Shown here: positions 38,815 to 47,636 of the stretch, one piece after another | Layout: the number at the start of each line of letters is the position of its first letter | Position numbering within the stretch: the stretch's first letter is position 1 | Source: Nitrososphaerota archaeon | GTDB taxonomy: Archaea > Thermoproteota > EX4484-205 > JAAOZP01 | DNA: 64,000 nt | Direction: 5' to 3' | Assembly: GCA_011605725.1 (NCBI GenBank) | Contig: JAAOZP010000003.1 | Coordinates: 9,032-73,031, forward strand | Position numbers and translations under genes: made by a program | Notes under the pieces: generated by a model | What the model saw: the letters and a program-made list of their open reading frames with translations, nothing else | Databases searched by the model: none | What the model was told of the DNA's origin: nothing

Positions 38815-39158
38815 CTTCCCCTACCATTCTGAAGACCAATTCCCCTTATAAATCTATGGTTAAAAAGTAATAAAGATGTTGCTGGGGAACTTAGATAGAA
38901 TCCGGAAGAATGTTAGAGAAAACACGTTGAATAAACTCTTACCCAAGAATACCAAGAAATTTAGATTACTCGCTTTCTAGGTCGAGCAGGTCCCAGTCGG
39001 GCGCACGCTAAAATCTTCAATAAAACTAAGCGCTTTAGAGGAGCAAAAAGATTGAATAATCTACTTAAAAACTGTAAACAAACCTTATTCTATAAAACCT
39101 GCATCTCCATTAGACATATTATTAGCCATCCAAAATAGGTCCACGCGCGCTATCAAGT

Positions 39159-39166
39159 CTTATATA
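39159..39166 (+). promoter_or_regulatory. TATA-like box (TTATATAT) upstream of the methyltransferase gene, preceded by a GCGCGC element.
   Basis: ccacGCGCGCtatcaagtcTTATATATttgtgtc… lies ~23 bp upstream of the ATG at 39189. This fits the archaeal -26 TATA spacing for a leaderless mRNA. Confidence 0.4.
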
Positions 39167-39188
39167 TTTGTGTCATGAGAAAACTCGT

Positions 39189-40070
39189 ATGTTTCAAACC
39201 ATTCATAAGATGTTCCTAGGAGATTCTAGGAGCATGGATAATGTTGACGACGAGTCTGTGCATCTCATCCTAACCTCCCCGCCCTATTGGAATATTAAGA
39301 AGTATCCTGAGAACCCATGTCAGCTTGGAAACATTTCTGATTACCATCTGTTCCTGTCTGAGCTTAAGAGGGTTGTTGAAGAGTGCTTCAGGGTTCTTGT
39401 TAAAGGCGGGAGGCTGTGCATGGTTGTCGGCGACATCTGCGTGGCTAGGAAGCAGGGTCGCCACCGCGTCATACCCTTTCACTCCCACGTTACCCAGCTA
39501 TGCTTGGACGCTGGTCTAGACTACTTGTCTCCAATAATCCTCTACAAGATTGCTAACGTTACCACTGAGGCTAAGCGGGAAACATATGCTCTAGGAAGAT
39601 ACTTGGGCCCGAACTCGATAATAAAAAACGATATTGAGTACGTGCTCATCTTCAGGAAGCCCGGCGCCTATAGGAGGGTTAACAAGCGTCTCGCAGCTCT
39701 AAGCAGGCTTAGGAAAAACGAGTTTACAGAGTATTTCCGCCAAGTCTGGTGGGTTAACGGTTGCCGCGTAAGCAGCCACCCGGCTCCGTTTTCACTAGAG
39801 CTAGCCAAAAGGCTGGTCAGAATGTTCTCCTATGTTGGAGACACTGTTTTAGACCCGTTCCTAGGCTCCGGGACAACCAGTCTGGCAGCCATCTGTACGC
39901 TTAGAAACTCGATAGGGTATGAGGTTGAGCCCTCATACGTCAAGTCGGCTAGGGATAGGGTTAGAAGAATGCTGGCGAGGAACAATATTCCGCACGCCAT
40001 GGTTAATGAGGAGTATCCTGAGTCGGGGATAGTCTTCAAGGTTAATGGGGTTCCGCTCAGGCCAGGCTAA
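39189..40070 (+). CDS. Beta-class DNA amino-methyltransferase (N4-cytosine or N6-adenine).
   Basis: Motif IV LILTSPPYWN comes before motif I VLDPFLGSGTT, which is the beta-class order. The track starts at TTG 39168, but ATG 39189 fits the TATA spacing better. Confidence 0.8.
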   Translation: MFQTIHKMFLGDSRSMDNVDDESVHLILTSPPYWNIKKYPENPCQLGNISDYHLFLSELKRVVEECFRVLVKGGRLCMVVGDICVARKQGRHRVIPFHSHVTQLCLDAGLDYLSPIILYKIANVTTEAKRETYALGRYLGPNSIIKNDIEYVLIFRKPGAYRRVNKRLAALSRLRKNEFTEYFRQVWWVNGCRVSSHPAPFSLELAKRLVRMFSYVGDTVLDPFLGSGTTSLAAICTLRNSIGYEVEPSYVKSARDRVRRMLARNNIPHAMVNEEYPESGIVFKVNGVPLRPG

Positions 40071-40109
40071 TCCAGTTTTCAAATTTAATTCAACCTAATA
40101 TTTTTTAAT

Positions 40110-41657
40110 GTGAAAACGCTTAATACTGGTGTGAACGGTGAGGAGGATAAGGTTAAGTTATTGGAGAGCAGGCTGGGGGAGCTTGAGCTCGTCGGCTTAA
40201 CTGGAAGCACAACCAAGGTTACAGAGGCCCCGCTGATCCTCCTGGAGAACATGGAGACAAGGGTTAGGGAGGAGGACATAGTGCTCATAGTCAACCGAAG
40301 CTCCTCCGATTATATTCTTGCTGTTTGCAGGAGCGGCATGGGTATTAACGAGAACCTGAGGGTCGGGGGATACAGCCCGGGAATAGCCTACGTGCGCTCG
40401 AAAGGCCAGCCGCCGTCAACAGCCAAGGAGTCCTACCATTTCACACTATCCTTCATAGGATTGCTCACGAGCAGGGGTGTGAAGACTAACAACATAATTG
40501 TTGCACCAGGCTCGAAAGTATATCTTTTCAAGAAGGAGGCGTTGGAGATGAACCCGTTAACGTTCCTAGAACCTAAGGAGCATGTTGAAGGCGGGTACCT
40601 GGCGAATTCCGAGGGAAACTGGCTGATACCATTCGACAAGAAGTATATTCCTTACCATATTGGTGTCTTCGGAGCCACCGGCTCTGGGAAATCGATGCTT
40701 GCAAGGTATCTCTTAATCCCGCTTCTCACGCAGGCTGGCTACGGAGTGCTGGTTTTCGACTGGGAGGGCGTTGACTATTCACCGTTTTTCAAAAACAATA
40801 CCCTATCTATCTGCGATTTCAAAATGGATGTTAATATGGCGGTGGAGTTCCTCATGAGAAACACTGATCACTTTGGCTACGGAGACGAGAACAAACCCGT
40901 TCCCTCAGCAGTTGTAAAAGTAATGTCGAGAAAGCTGAACGACAAGACTTGGTGGGACGAGGTTCCAAAAACCCTGAACAGCGGTGAAGAGCTGCGTGAG
41001 AAACTGAGGGAGGATGCTTTAAGCGAGCTGCGTGAAAGAAGCGGCTGGGAGAGTTACGGCCCCTCTTGGGAGCTTAAACTCAACTATGGTCTCGACCGGG
41101 TTTCGAAGGAAAACTGGGAGCTGCTCTACAGGTCTAGCAAAGGAGTCTCCATCGAGGAGTTCAGGTTTCCAAGCCCAGGGGAGCTTATCGTAATAGATAT
41201 GAGCGAGGTGAGTGGAGAGAGGAAGCTGTCTTTCTTCTCAGAGCTCTGCAGCAGGCTGATATCAATGATGCAGGAGAGAGGCGTGAAGCTTAACCTGGCG
41301 GTGGTGATAGATGAGGCGCCGCAGTACTGTCCATCCGAGCCCAAGGGATTGCAGGGGAAGACGACGGAGCAGTTGAAAGACCTGTGCGCCCTAGGCAGGA
41401 AGCGAAACATGTGCGTAGTGCTCCTCTCCCAGGGAATGGCTGGTGAAATAGGGATTAACGCTGCCGTCAGGAGGAATCTTAACACGCTCTTCATAGGGCA
41501 GATTCATCCTTTGGATATTGAGGAGGCTGGGAAGAGGCTGATGCCCTACGGCGTTAGGCCTGAGGAACTGCTCTTCCTCGAGCCCGGGAAATTCTATCTC
41601 ACGGGCAAGATGAACCCTTCGCCAACACCCCTGCTGATATCGTTCAAAATAGAATAG
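40110..41657 (+). CDS. herA: HerA-like (DUF87/FtsK-HerA superfamily) hexameric ATPase/translocase.
   Basis: Walker A IGVFGATGSGKSM. Walker B LAVVIDEAPQY. Arginine-finger region RKRNMCVVLLSQGMAGEIGINAAVRRNLNTLFIGQ. N-terminal HAS-barrel-like region. The start lies 40 bp after the methyltransferase stop. Confidence 0.7.
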   Translation: MKTLNTGVNGEEDKVKLLESRLGELELVGLTGSTTKVTEAPLILLENMETRVREEDIVLIVNRSSSDYILAVCRSGMGINENLRVGGYSPGIAYVRSKGQPPSTAKESYHFTLSFIGLLTSRGVKTNNIIVAPGSKVYLFKKEALEMNPLTFLEPKEHVEGGYLANSEGNWLIPFDKKYIPYHIGVFGATGSGKSMLARYLLIPLLTQAGYGVLVFDWEGVDYSPFFKNNTLSICDFKMDVNMAVEFLMRNTDHFGYGDENKPVPSAVVKVMSRKLNDKTWWDEVPKTLNSGEELREKLREDALSELRERSGWESYGPSWELKLNYGLDRVSKENWELLYRSSKGVSIEEFRFPSPGELIVIDMSEVSGERKLSFFSELCSRLISMMQERGVKLNLAVVIDEAPQYCPSEPKGLQGKTTEQLKDLCALGRKRNMCVVLLSQGMAGEIGINAAVRRNLNTLFIGQIHPLDIEEAGKRLMPYGVRPEELLFLEPGKFYLTGKMNPSPTPLLISFKIE

Positions 41658-41667
41658 GTGTTTAGGA

Positions 41668-42858
41668 ATGTCTTCAGAGGAGAACCCGCTTCTCACTCTT
41701 CCAAGACCCATAGTGGACGCGCTTTTCTCAAGCGCTGAGAAAGAGGCTGGGAACGTGAAGGAAAGAATCCTAATGCTTGAGAAGATGGCTAGAAAGGTTT
41801 CAGAAGGCTTCAGGTTTAACAGGATTGCTGGAAGCAGAAAAGGCTGTATTGCTGTTGCAGACGGCTCCATGTCTGTCGCGCCCAGCAACCGTATAGGCTC
41901 GCTGTTCGCAATATACTCGGCTGGATACATGGTTTTCGACGACGGTAGGCTTATGGATGAGAACTATTACGCCGGATCCCTAAGCTGGCCCTACGGGGGA
42001 GCCAGAGATTTCAAGACGCTGCTCAAGCTCCTGATGGCTTACGCTGAGAGGAAAGCCGCGTTAGAAGCCTACTGGAAGCATAATCCTGACCTAATCCTGC
42101 TGGACGGCCCGTTCTTCTTCTTCAGGGGATACTGCAGGTATATTCATGCTGTCCAGGTTGAAACGCCTGAGCTTAAAACAGGCCTAGACCTCGTAAGGGA
42201 GGTTAGGGACAAGACCCTGACGCTGATGGAGACGGGTAGAGCAGTATGCGTAATAAGGCGGAGCGGCATCAGAGCTGTAGACGGCTGGCTGATCTACAAT
42301 CAGGGCGAGGAAGCCTGCCTGAGGATTAACGATAAGCATCTTCTCACAATGGTCATGCCGCCGATGACAACATGGTCGTACAGGGACCTATGCGAGGACC
42401 CGCTTCTATACGCTACCTTCTACCGGTTCTACAGGAGGTGGAGGCAAGCCGGAAGGAGGCCTGAAGAACTTGACAAGGAGAAAATCCTTTCACAGTGCCT
42501 GGAGGACTGGAGGAGAAAGTTCCTGAGCGATTTAGACATTGAGTTTGAAAAAGTGCCGAGGTTAGAGAGGCATTACGTAAGGTATACGGGTGCGGCGCCG
42601 CCTTTCGAGATAGAGACACTAGCAAACATGAAGCCGGAGGGCTTCGCCGAGTACTTCGTCGAATTCCACAATCCCGCTACCGGGCTCCCGTACCCGATAG
42701 ACATGGTTGACGAGGCTGTTACACTGCCCAGGGGCTCGACAACAGCCTTCACCGAGGAGGTTGAGGCAAGGCTCATCAAAGACCAGGACATAGAGAATAA
42801 GACGGCAATATCAGACTACTTCACGGTCCTAAACCCACAGAAGAAAGAATACATATAG
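41668..42858 (+). CDS. nurA: NurA-like nuclease (RNase H-like fold).
   Basis: NurA motif I CIAVADGSMSV (the DGS motif). A second aspartate motif, PDLILLDGPFFFF. Size 396 aa. Starts 11 bp after herA. Confidence 0.6.
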   Translation: MSSEENPLLTLPRPIVDALFSSAEKEAGNVKERILMLEKMARKVSEGFRFNRIAGSRKGCIAVADGSMSVAPSNRIGSLFAIYSAGYMVFDDGRLMDENYYAGSLSWPYGGARDFKTLLKLLMAYAERKAALEAYWKHNPDLILLDGPFFFFRGYCRYIHAVQVETPELKTGLDLVREVRDKTLTLMETGRAVCVIRRSGIRAVDGWLIYNQGEEACLRINDKHLLTMVMPPMTTWSYRDLCEDPLLYATFYRFYRRWRQAGRRPEELDKEKILSQCLEDWRRKFLSDLDIEFEKVPRLERHYVRYTGAAPPFEIETLANMKPEGFAEYFVEFHNPATGLPYPIDMVDEAVTLPRGSTTAFTEEVEARLIKDQDIENKTAISDYFTVLNPQKKEYI

Positions 42859-43012
42859 CGTGCCATTATGCGCTACCACTTCGAGAATCCAGCGCTACGT
42901 GTGAGCTGAAGATTTCTAACATGCGCTTTCAGAAAAAAAGTTAAATAGATTGCTTACTACATTTTCACCGGTTAAACTATTAAAGTGACAATTGAAAGAG
43001 GGGTGAGTTCGC

Positions 43013-43687
43013 ATGAGATATGCGGAACTAGTTAAGGGCATTATAAATTTTGAGAGTTCTTTCTGGTTCGGTGAATATGTATATTTTAAGGCTCTTGAAA
43101 ATCTAGAGAACGTTAGGGCTGACTTAAGTAAGTTAGAAACAAAGGAGCATGTAGAAAGAATAATTAAGATGTTTCTCATTCAATGGGGTAGAATGGGAAG
43201 AACTGTGGATAGGAGAGATTTAAATTGGGAACAACTTACTAAACAATTACGTAGCTCTAAAGAAGCTTTCCAAAAACTACAGGGTAAAAGTATACTAGAT
43301 ATTAATCTTGACGATGAGGAAGTAAGAGATGCTATTAAAAGAACTTATGAGGCAGCAAGCATTAAATACATTGGGGCAACTGCAATCTCAAAGATTTTAC
43401 ATCTGCTAAATCCTGAAATCTACGTAATGTGGGATGAAGATATTAGGATGAAATATAAGGTTGCAAAAAGTGTGAAAGGTTATCTAGATTTTCTAAAGCA
43501 AATGAAGGTGGAAGTAAAAGAGGCATTAGGAGAAGGGGTTAAAGAGAAAGGATGTAGCGAAAAGGAAATCGTGGAAGAAATTTGTAGAGAGCTTCCAAGT
43601 AAAAAGCTTGGCCAAGAATATAGTAGAAAAACTTTGGCTAAACTTATTGATGAATACAACTGGTGGTTGGTCCATTACGGATTTTGA
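43013..43687 (+). CDS. Hypothetical protein encoded in an AT-rich patch.
   Basis: 224-aa ORF. Markedly lower GC than its neighbours. No recognised motif. Confidence 0.4.
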   Translation: MRYAELVKGIINFESSFWFGEYVYFKALENLENVRADLSKLETKEHVERIIKMFLIQWGRMGRTVDRRDLNWEQLTKQLRSSKEAFQKLQGKSILDINLDDEEVRDAIKRTYEAASIKYIGATAISKILHLLNPEIYVMWDEDIRMKYKVAKSVKGYLDFLKQMKVEVKEALGEGVKEKGCSEKEIVEEICRELPSKKLGQEYSRKTLAKLIDEYNWWLVHYGF

Positions 43688-43794
43688 TAAATTATCGATT
43701 CATGTTAAGGAGACGGTGAAGAATGGAGTCTAAAAGCAAGTAACGATAACAGTGCTTTTAAAATAATTTTAAGATGCAGTCGTTTTCGTGTTTT

Positions 43795-44724
43795 CTAGGT
43801 TCCTACTGCTAATTTTTCTTGGCCTCCGCTAAGCCTCCGTATAATGTTCTCTAAGTCCTCGGGCTTGATGGCTTCAATCTTCTCCTTTGTTTCTTCAATG
43901 GCGGAAACCCAGCGTTGAGAACCACTAGTCTTCCTAACAGCTACTATCATATAATAGTAGAATCTATAGGGTGATTTTACCTTAATAGGTATCGTAACCT
44001 CTCTATGCTCTCTGATCTTCTCTAAGTAAAGCTCGAATAGAGCATCTTCATTCTCGCATGCTTTCCACTCATCTGTTCCAAAGAAACGTTGCAGCGTTTC
44101 TATTTCCGCAGAAGTCTTATTTTCTTTTAGAGCACTTCTAGAAACCCCGGTAGATTGATAGTTTATAATAAGATCCCCGGTAAGATTGAAGAGATGTTGC
44201 AGAGTTTCCCACTCTATTTCTAATCCCTCAGGATCTACAAAAGCAAGAAAATGAACGGAGCCAGCTTCTAAACGAGCTTTAGTCATGGCTTTAAATTCTG
44301 GGCCGTTGACATCTTCTTTCCTCACTTTTGCATTCGGAAGTAAATGTCTTAATGCTTCTGCATATTTTTCTTTCTTCTCAAACAGAATCAGCTCGTCGAA
44401 TTTCTTCCTTGGAACCCGGTCTGTGATGAGAGGCGAGCCAAACACGATGAGATTGTTCAAATCGCTTATTCTATCTAAGCCTGGCCCAGCGAAAAGGTCG
44501 ATATAATACGCCTTATCAAAATGGGCTTTAATTATGGCCGTATATATGTCGGCGTAATATGCTAGAATGGCGAGCTTTAAAATAGCCCAGCTTTTACATG
44601 AATAAGCCTCCTTAGTTTTTTGAAATAATTGACTGGCCTCCTGACTCTGACCCCTTAAGGTTTCTATTCTGCGAACCCACCATTCGGAAGGTGTAATTTT
44701 TCTTCTCCGACCAGACGGATTCAT
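43795..44724 (-). CDS. TcmP/RlmJ-like methyltransferase-fold protein (three-Cys-motif partner-like).
   Basis: YYIDLFAGPGLD resembles RlmJ motif I (YLDTHAGAGRY). HFLAFVDPEGLE resembles RlmJ motif IV (LILIDPPYE). Lies 7 bp downstream of a radical SAM gene on the same strand. Confidence 0.5.
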   Translation of the reverse strand: MNPSGRRRKITPSEWWVRRIETLRGQSQEASQLFQKTKEAYSCKSWAILKLAILAYYADIYTAIIKAHFDKAYYIDLFAGPGLDRISDLNNLIVFGSPLITDRVPRKKFDELILFEKKEKYAEALRHLLPNAKVRKEDVNGPEFKAMTKARLEAGSVHFLAFVDPEGLEIEWETLQHLFNLTGDLIINYQSTGVSRSALKENKTSAEIETLQRFFGTDEWKACENEDALFELYLEKIREHREVTIPIKVKSPYRFYYYMIVAVRKTSGSQRWVSAIEETKEKIEAIKPEDLENIIRRLSGGQEKLAVGT

Positions 44725-44730
44725 TTGGAT

Positions 44731-45840
44731 TCACTTAGAGTAGCAATTACAAGTGCCTCGCCTATATGGGATGCCTAGTTTTTCAAGCATCGATACCGTC
44801 TCCTTACAAATACTTACTTTATCATCACCGTAGCCAAAAGCAGAGAGCTTATCCAGCATATACTCATATATCCTTCTCCTTAGTTCAGACGGTAATTTCT
44901 TTCCCCAACCAGTATCTTCTTTAAAGAACTTAGCCCAGCCCATATCTACCCCTGCTTTTTTAGCGTAGTATATTGTTTTCTTTAACCCCCTTGGCGTCCC
45001 AAGTATTATCTTAGCAGGTTCCACCTCAGACATGATTCTGTATAAAATATCTTCATAATGCGTTTCCCAGTCTTCTATAGGGAATATTGGGTCGATCCTT
45101 ATCCTCACCTCATACCCTGTTTCGTAAACCATTTTCGCAGCCTGTATCCTTTGTTCCGGCGGAGCTGCTTTTTTCTCCCAGATTTTTGCAACCTCTACGG
45201 CGTTAATACTCCAAGCGCATACAACCTGTTTCTTAACATGATCAGGCTTATTTAGCAAAAATTTAATACTGTTTGCCCCCGCTTTACTTAGCAGAACGAT
45301 CCTGTGCTTATGCTGCTCTCCAAACTTGTCAACTATTTCACTCATTAAGGGAGGGTTCATCAGGGAATCAGATAATTCGCCGCTGTTGAATAAAGCAGGC
45401 TTGCCACCGTTAAAATGAGGATCGTTAAATGCCTCGTCCAACGCATTGAATACGTAATGTAGTTTCACGTAGCTGGGTTTCATGTTCCCTTTCTTTGTTC
45501 CTCTCAAATAGCAATAAGAGCAATCGAAAGGACAGCCGAAAGCCCATCTCAACTCCCAGAAGGGGCCGCATGCTATGTCTGGAGGAGTTTTCGCGAATAA
45601 TTTCACTATGCCTTGACCGTATTCGGTTCGAAACGGCTTACGAACAGGCTCTTTCACTACGGCTTCAGGATGAGTGATCGACGCAATAATCTTCGGGGGG
45701 AAGAAATCAGGAATCCTCCTGCTCGACTTAGCGATTATTTCCGCCTCTTTCTTCCTTATTGTTCGCCAAGCCTTTAAAGCTGCTTCTCTATGTTTCTCCT
45801 TCTCTGTAAGCATCTTCCCCCTTCCTTTACTGTCTGCCAC
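44731..45840 (-). CDS. Radical SAM protein of the COG1533 (SplB-like 'DNA repair photolyase') type.
   Basis: GCPFDCSYCYL is CxxxCxxC followed by Tyr, as in COG1533 (GC-x-h-x-C-x-YCY). Length 369 aa. Confidence 0.6.
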   Translation of the reverse strand: MADSKGRGKMLTEKEKHREAALKAWRTIRKKEAEIIAKSSRRIPDFFPPKIIASITHPEAVVKEPVRKPFRTEYGQGIVKLFAKTPPDIACGPFWELRWAFGCPFDCSYCYLRGTKKGNMKPSYVKLHYVFNALDEAFNDPHFNGGKPALFNSGELSDSLMNPPLMSEIVDKFGEQHKHRIVLLSKAGANSIKFLLNKPDHVKKQVVCAWSINAVEVAKIWEKKAAPPEQRIQAAKMVYETGYEVRIRIDPIFPIEDWETHYEDILYRIMSEVEPAKIILGTPRGLKKTIYYAKKAGVDMGWAKFFKEDTGWGKKLPSELRRRIYEYMLDKLSAFGYGDDKVSICKETVSMLEKLGIPYRRGTCNCYSK

Positions 45841-45925
45841 TGTCCTTATAAGAACCTACACGGGAAGTTTTTAATCTTTGATTTTTCATTGGAACTTTTA
45901 AATAGCATGAGTTGGTGACTTATGT

Positions 45926-46915
45926 GTGGCTGAACTAGTTGAAAAGAGGGAATCGCCAGAAAAATCCTTATCCATCGGGATATACGTGGGTTTCAAGGCT
46001 GTTAAGACAGGCAACTTATGTTATGATACCCGGGTTTTCGCTCCTCCTGAAGTAAGGGTGGATAGCTATAGAATATCGTATCCGCTCATTAAACCGTCGA
46101 AGCTGACATCAAAAAGCCGTGGAGGCGTCGGTAAGGAGCTGTCGAACGGCTGGGCTTTGAACTTCGCAGTAGGCTGCACCCATGGATGCATCTTCTGTTA
46201 CGTCGACTCGATTCATAAGAGATTTGGAAGACACAGGTATGGGGCGGAGGTGGATGAGAAATGGGGGAACTATTTTCTGATTCCGAATAATATTGAGGAG
46301 GCGGTTGAAAAAACTCCTTGGCACAGGTGGAGGAACCGAGAGGTTCTTTTAAGCTCCACGCATGACCCCTATCTTCCTCAATTAGCGCCTGTTACGAGAA
46401 GAATTCTGGAAAGAGCACTGCCTGCTGGAGTGAAATTCTGCATTCAAACAAGGTCTCCGCTAGTAATGAAGGACTTCGACTTGTTAGCGAAATATGCGAA
46501 AAGCATAAGACTACAGGTGTCGATAGCTACGATGAACGAGGATTTCTCCAGACTGATTGAGCCCAGAGTATCTCCTCCGATGGCTAGGCTAAGCGTGATA
46601 AGAAATGCTAAGGAAGTTGGATTAGAAACCGGAGTCATTTTAGCGCCGATATTCCCACCGACAAGAATGAGGCCAAATGTAGGAGAGGACCTGGATGAAA
46701 TCATGAGGCAACTCGCCTTGATAAAACCAGACCACATATACGGCGAATCCCTGCATATAAGAGGAGGAAACATAAGGCTCATAAAACAAATCCTTGGAGA
46801 AGATTTCAACGATTTAAAGCCATTCGAATCTGAAATAAGGCGCTTGTTCAAATCAAAACTAAAGGAGTACGGTTTGAAGGGAACATGGTGGCTAGAACAC
46901 AGATATTTCAAATAG
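45926..46915 (+). CDS. Second radical SAM protein of the COG1533 (SplB-like) type, transcribed divergently from the first.
   Basis: LNFAVGCTHGCIFCYV is CxxxCxxC-Y. GTG start in the track. Length 329 aa. Confidence 0.6.
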   Translation: MAELVEKRESPEKSLSIGIYVGFKAVKTGNLCYDTRVFAPPEVRVDSYRISYPLIKPSKLTSKSRGGVGKELSNGWALNFAVGCTHGCIFCYVDSIHKRFGRHRYGAEVDEKWGNYFLIPNNIEEAVEKTPWHRWRNREVLLSSTHDPYLPQLAPVTRRILERALPAGVKFCIQTRSPLVMKDFDLLAKYAKSIRLQVSIATMNEDFSRLIEPRVSPPMARLSVIRNAKEVGLETGVILAPIFPPTRMRPNVGEDLDEIMRQLALIKPDHIYGESLHIRGGNIRLIKQILGEDFNDLKPFESEIRRLFKSKLKEYGLKGTWWLEHRYFK

Positions 46916-47111
46916 TTAACAGCTAGATCTCCTTTGTTTCTGGATTTTTCCTCAAATTCAAAAAGTACAATAATGATAAATTAACTTAACCGGGAAATGA
47001 GTTCTTCTCTAGGTGTAGCGTGTGCTCTGAGGATGGTTATTGCATGCAACTCATTATTGTGCAGAGATATTAACGAATTCTGACACTAATTCCTCTATAA
47101 CATTCGGCGCG

Positions 47112-47564
47112 CTAGTGTAGTCCTAGCTTACTTTCAAAGCTCCTAAATTCCTTCTTTTTCTCATAAAGAGCGTTAATCTCTTCCAAAGTTATTATTTTAA
47201 GCTCATCAATTATTTCTTGAATCACTCCAGAAGCAATGTTATAAGCAACACTAGTTTGATCTCTTGTTGTTTCTAAAATTGGTTTTGCATTCCACATATC
47301 CCTGGCATGCTTAAGTTTTGTTAAAGCTTCTTCAAGGTTCCCGCGAATATGCACTTCAAAGACAATGTAAGGATCTGCTCTTTGAAGCCTTTTCCATGCA
47401 ACGTCAATCTTGTAGCCATCAAGCTCTATTTCTTTTATGCTAATCTTTTCTTGAAGTAACCCTATCTGGTGAATTAAGTCTTTAACTGTTTCATGATCCA
47501 GTTCCGTTTTATATGGTATCTTTTTATTCCTTGCTTCATAATTCTCTTCAATTCTCTTGAACAT
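47112..47564 (-). CDS. Hypothetical protein in an AT-rich patch, possibly a small PD-(D/E)xK-like fold.
   Basis: 150 aa. DGYKIDVAWKR…IVFEVHIRG loosely resembles a D…E-x-K arrangement. Weak. Confidence 0.35.
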   Translation of the reverse strand: MFKRIEENYEARNKKIPYKTELDHETVKDLIHQIGLLQEKISIKEIELDGYKIDVAWKRLQRADPYIVFEVHIRGNLEEALTKLKHARDMWNAKPILETTRDQTSVAYNIASGVIQEIIDELKIITLEEINALYEKKKEFRSFESKLGLH

Positions 47565-47636
47565 TTCAGCGCGCGCGCTACTCCGTTGCTTTAAATAAAT
47601 GGCTACTTAAAATATTTAAATGTCGGCTAAAGATAT

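Noticed and set aside
39168-39188. The TTG start at 39168 for the methyltransferase given in the ORF track.
   Set aside because: The TATA-like box at 39159..39166 would overlap or sit immediately before this start. ATG 39189 gives the usual ~24-bp TATA-to-start spacing of leaderless archaeal mRNAs, so the shorter model is preferred.
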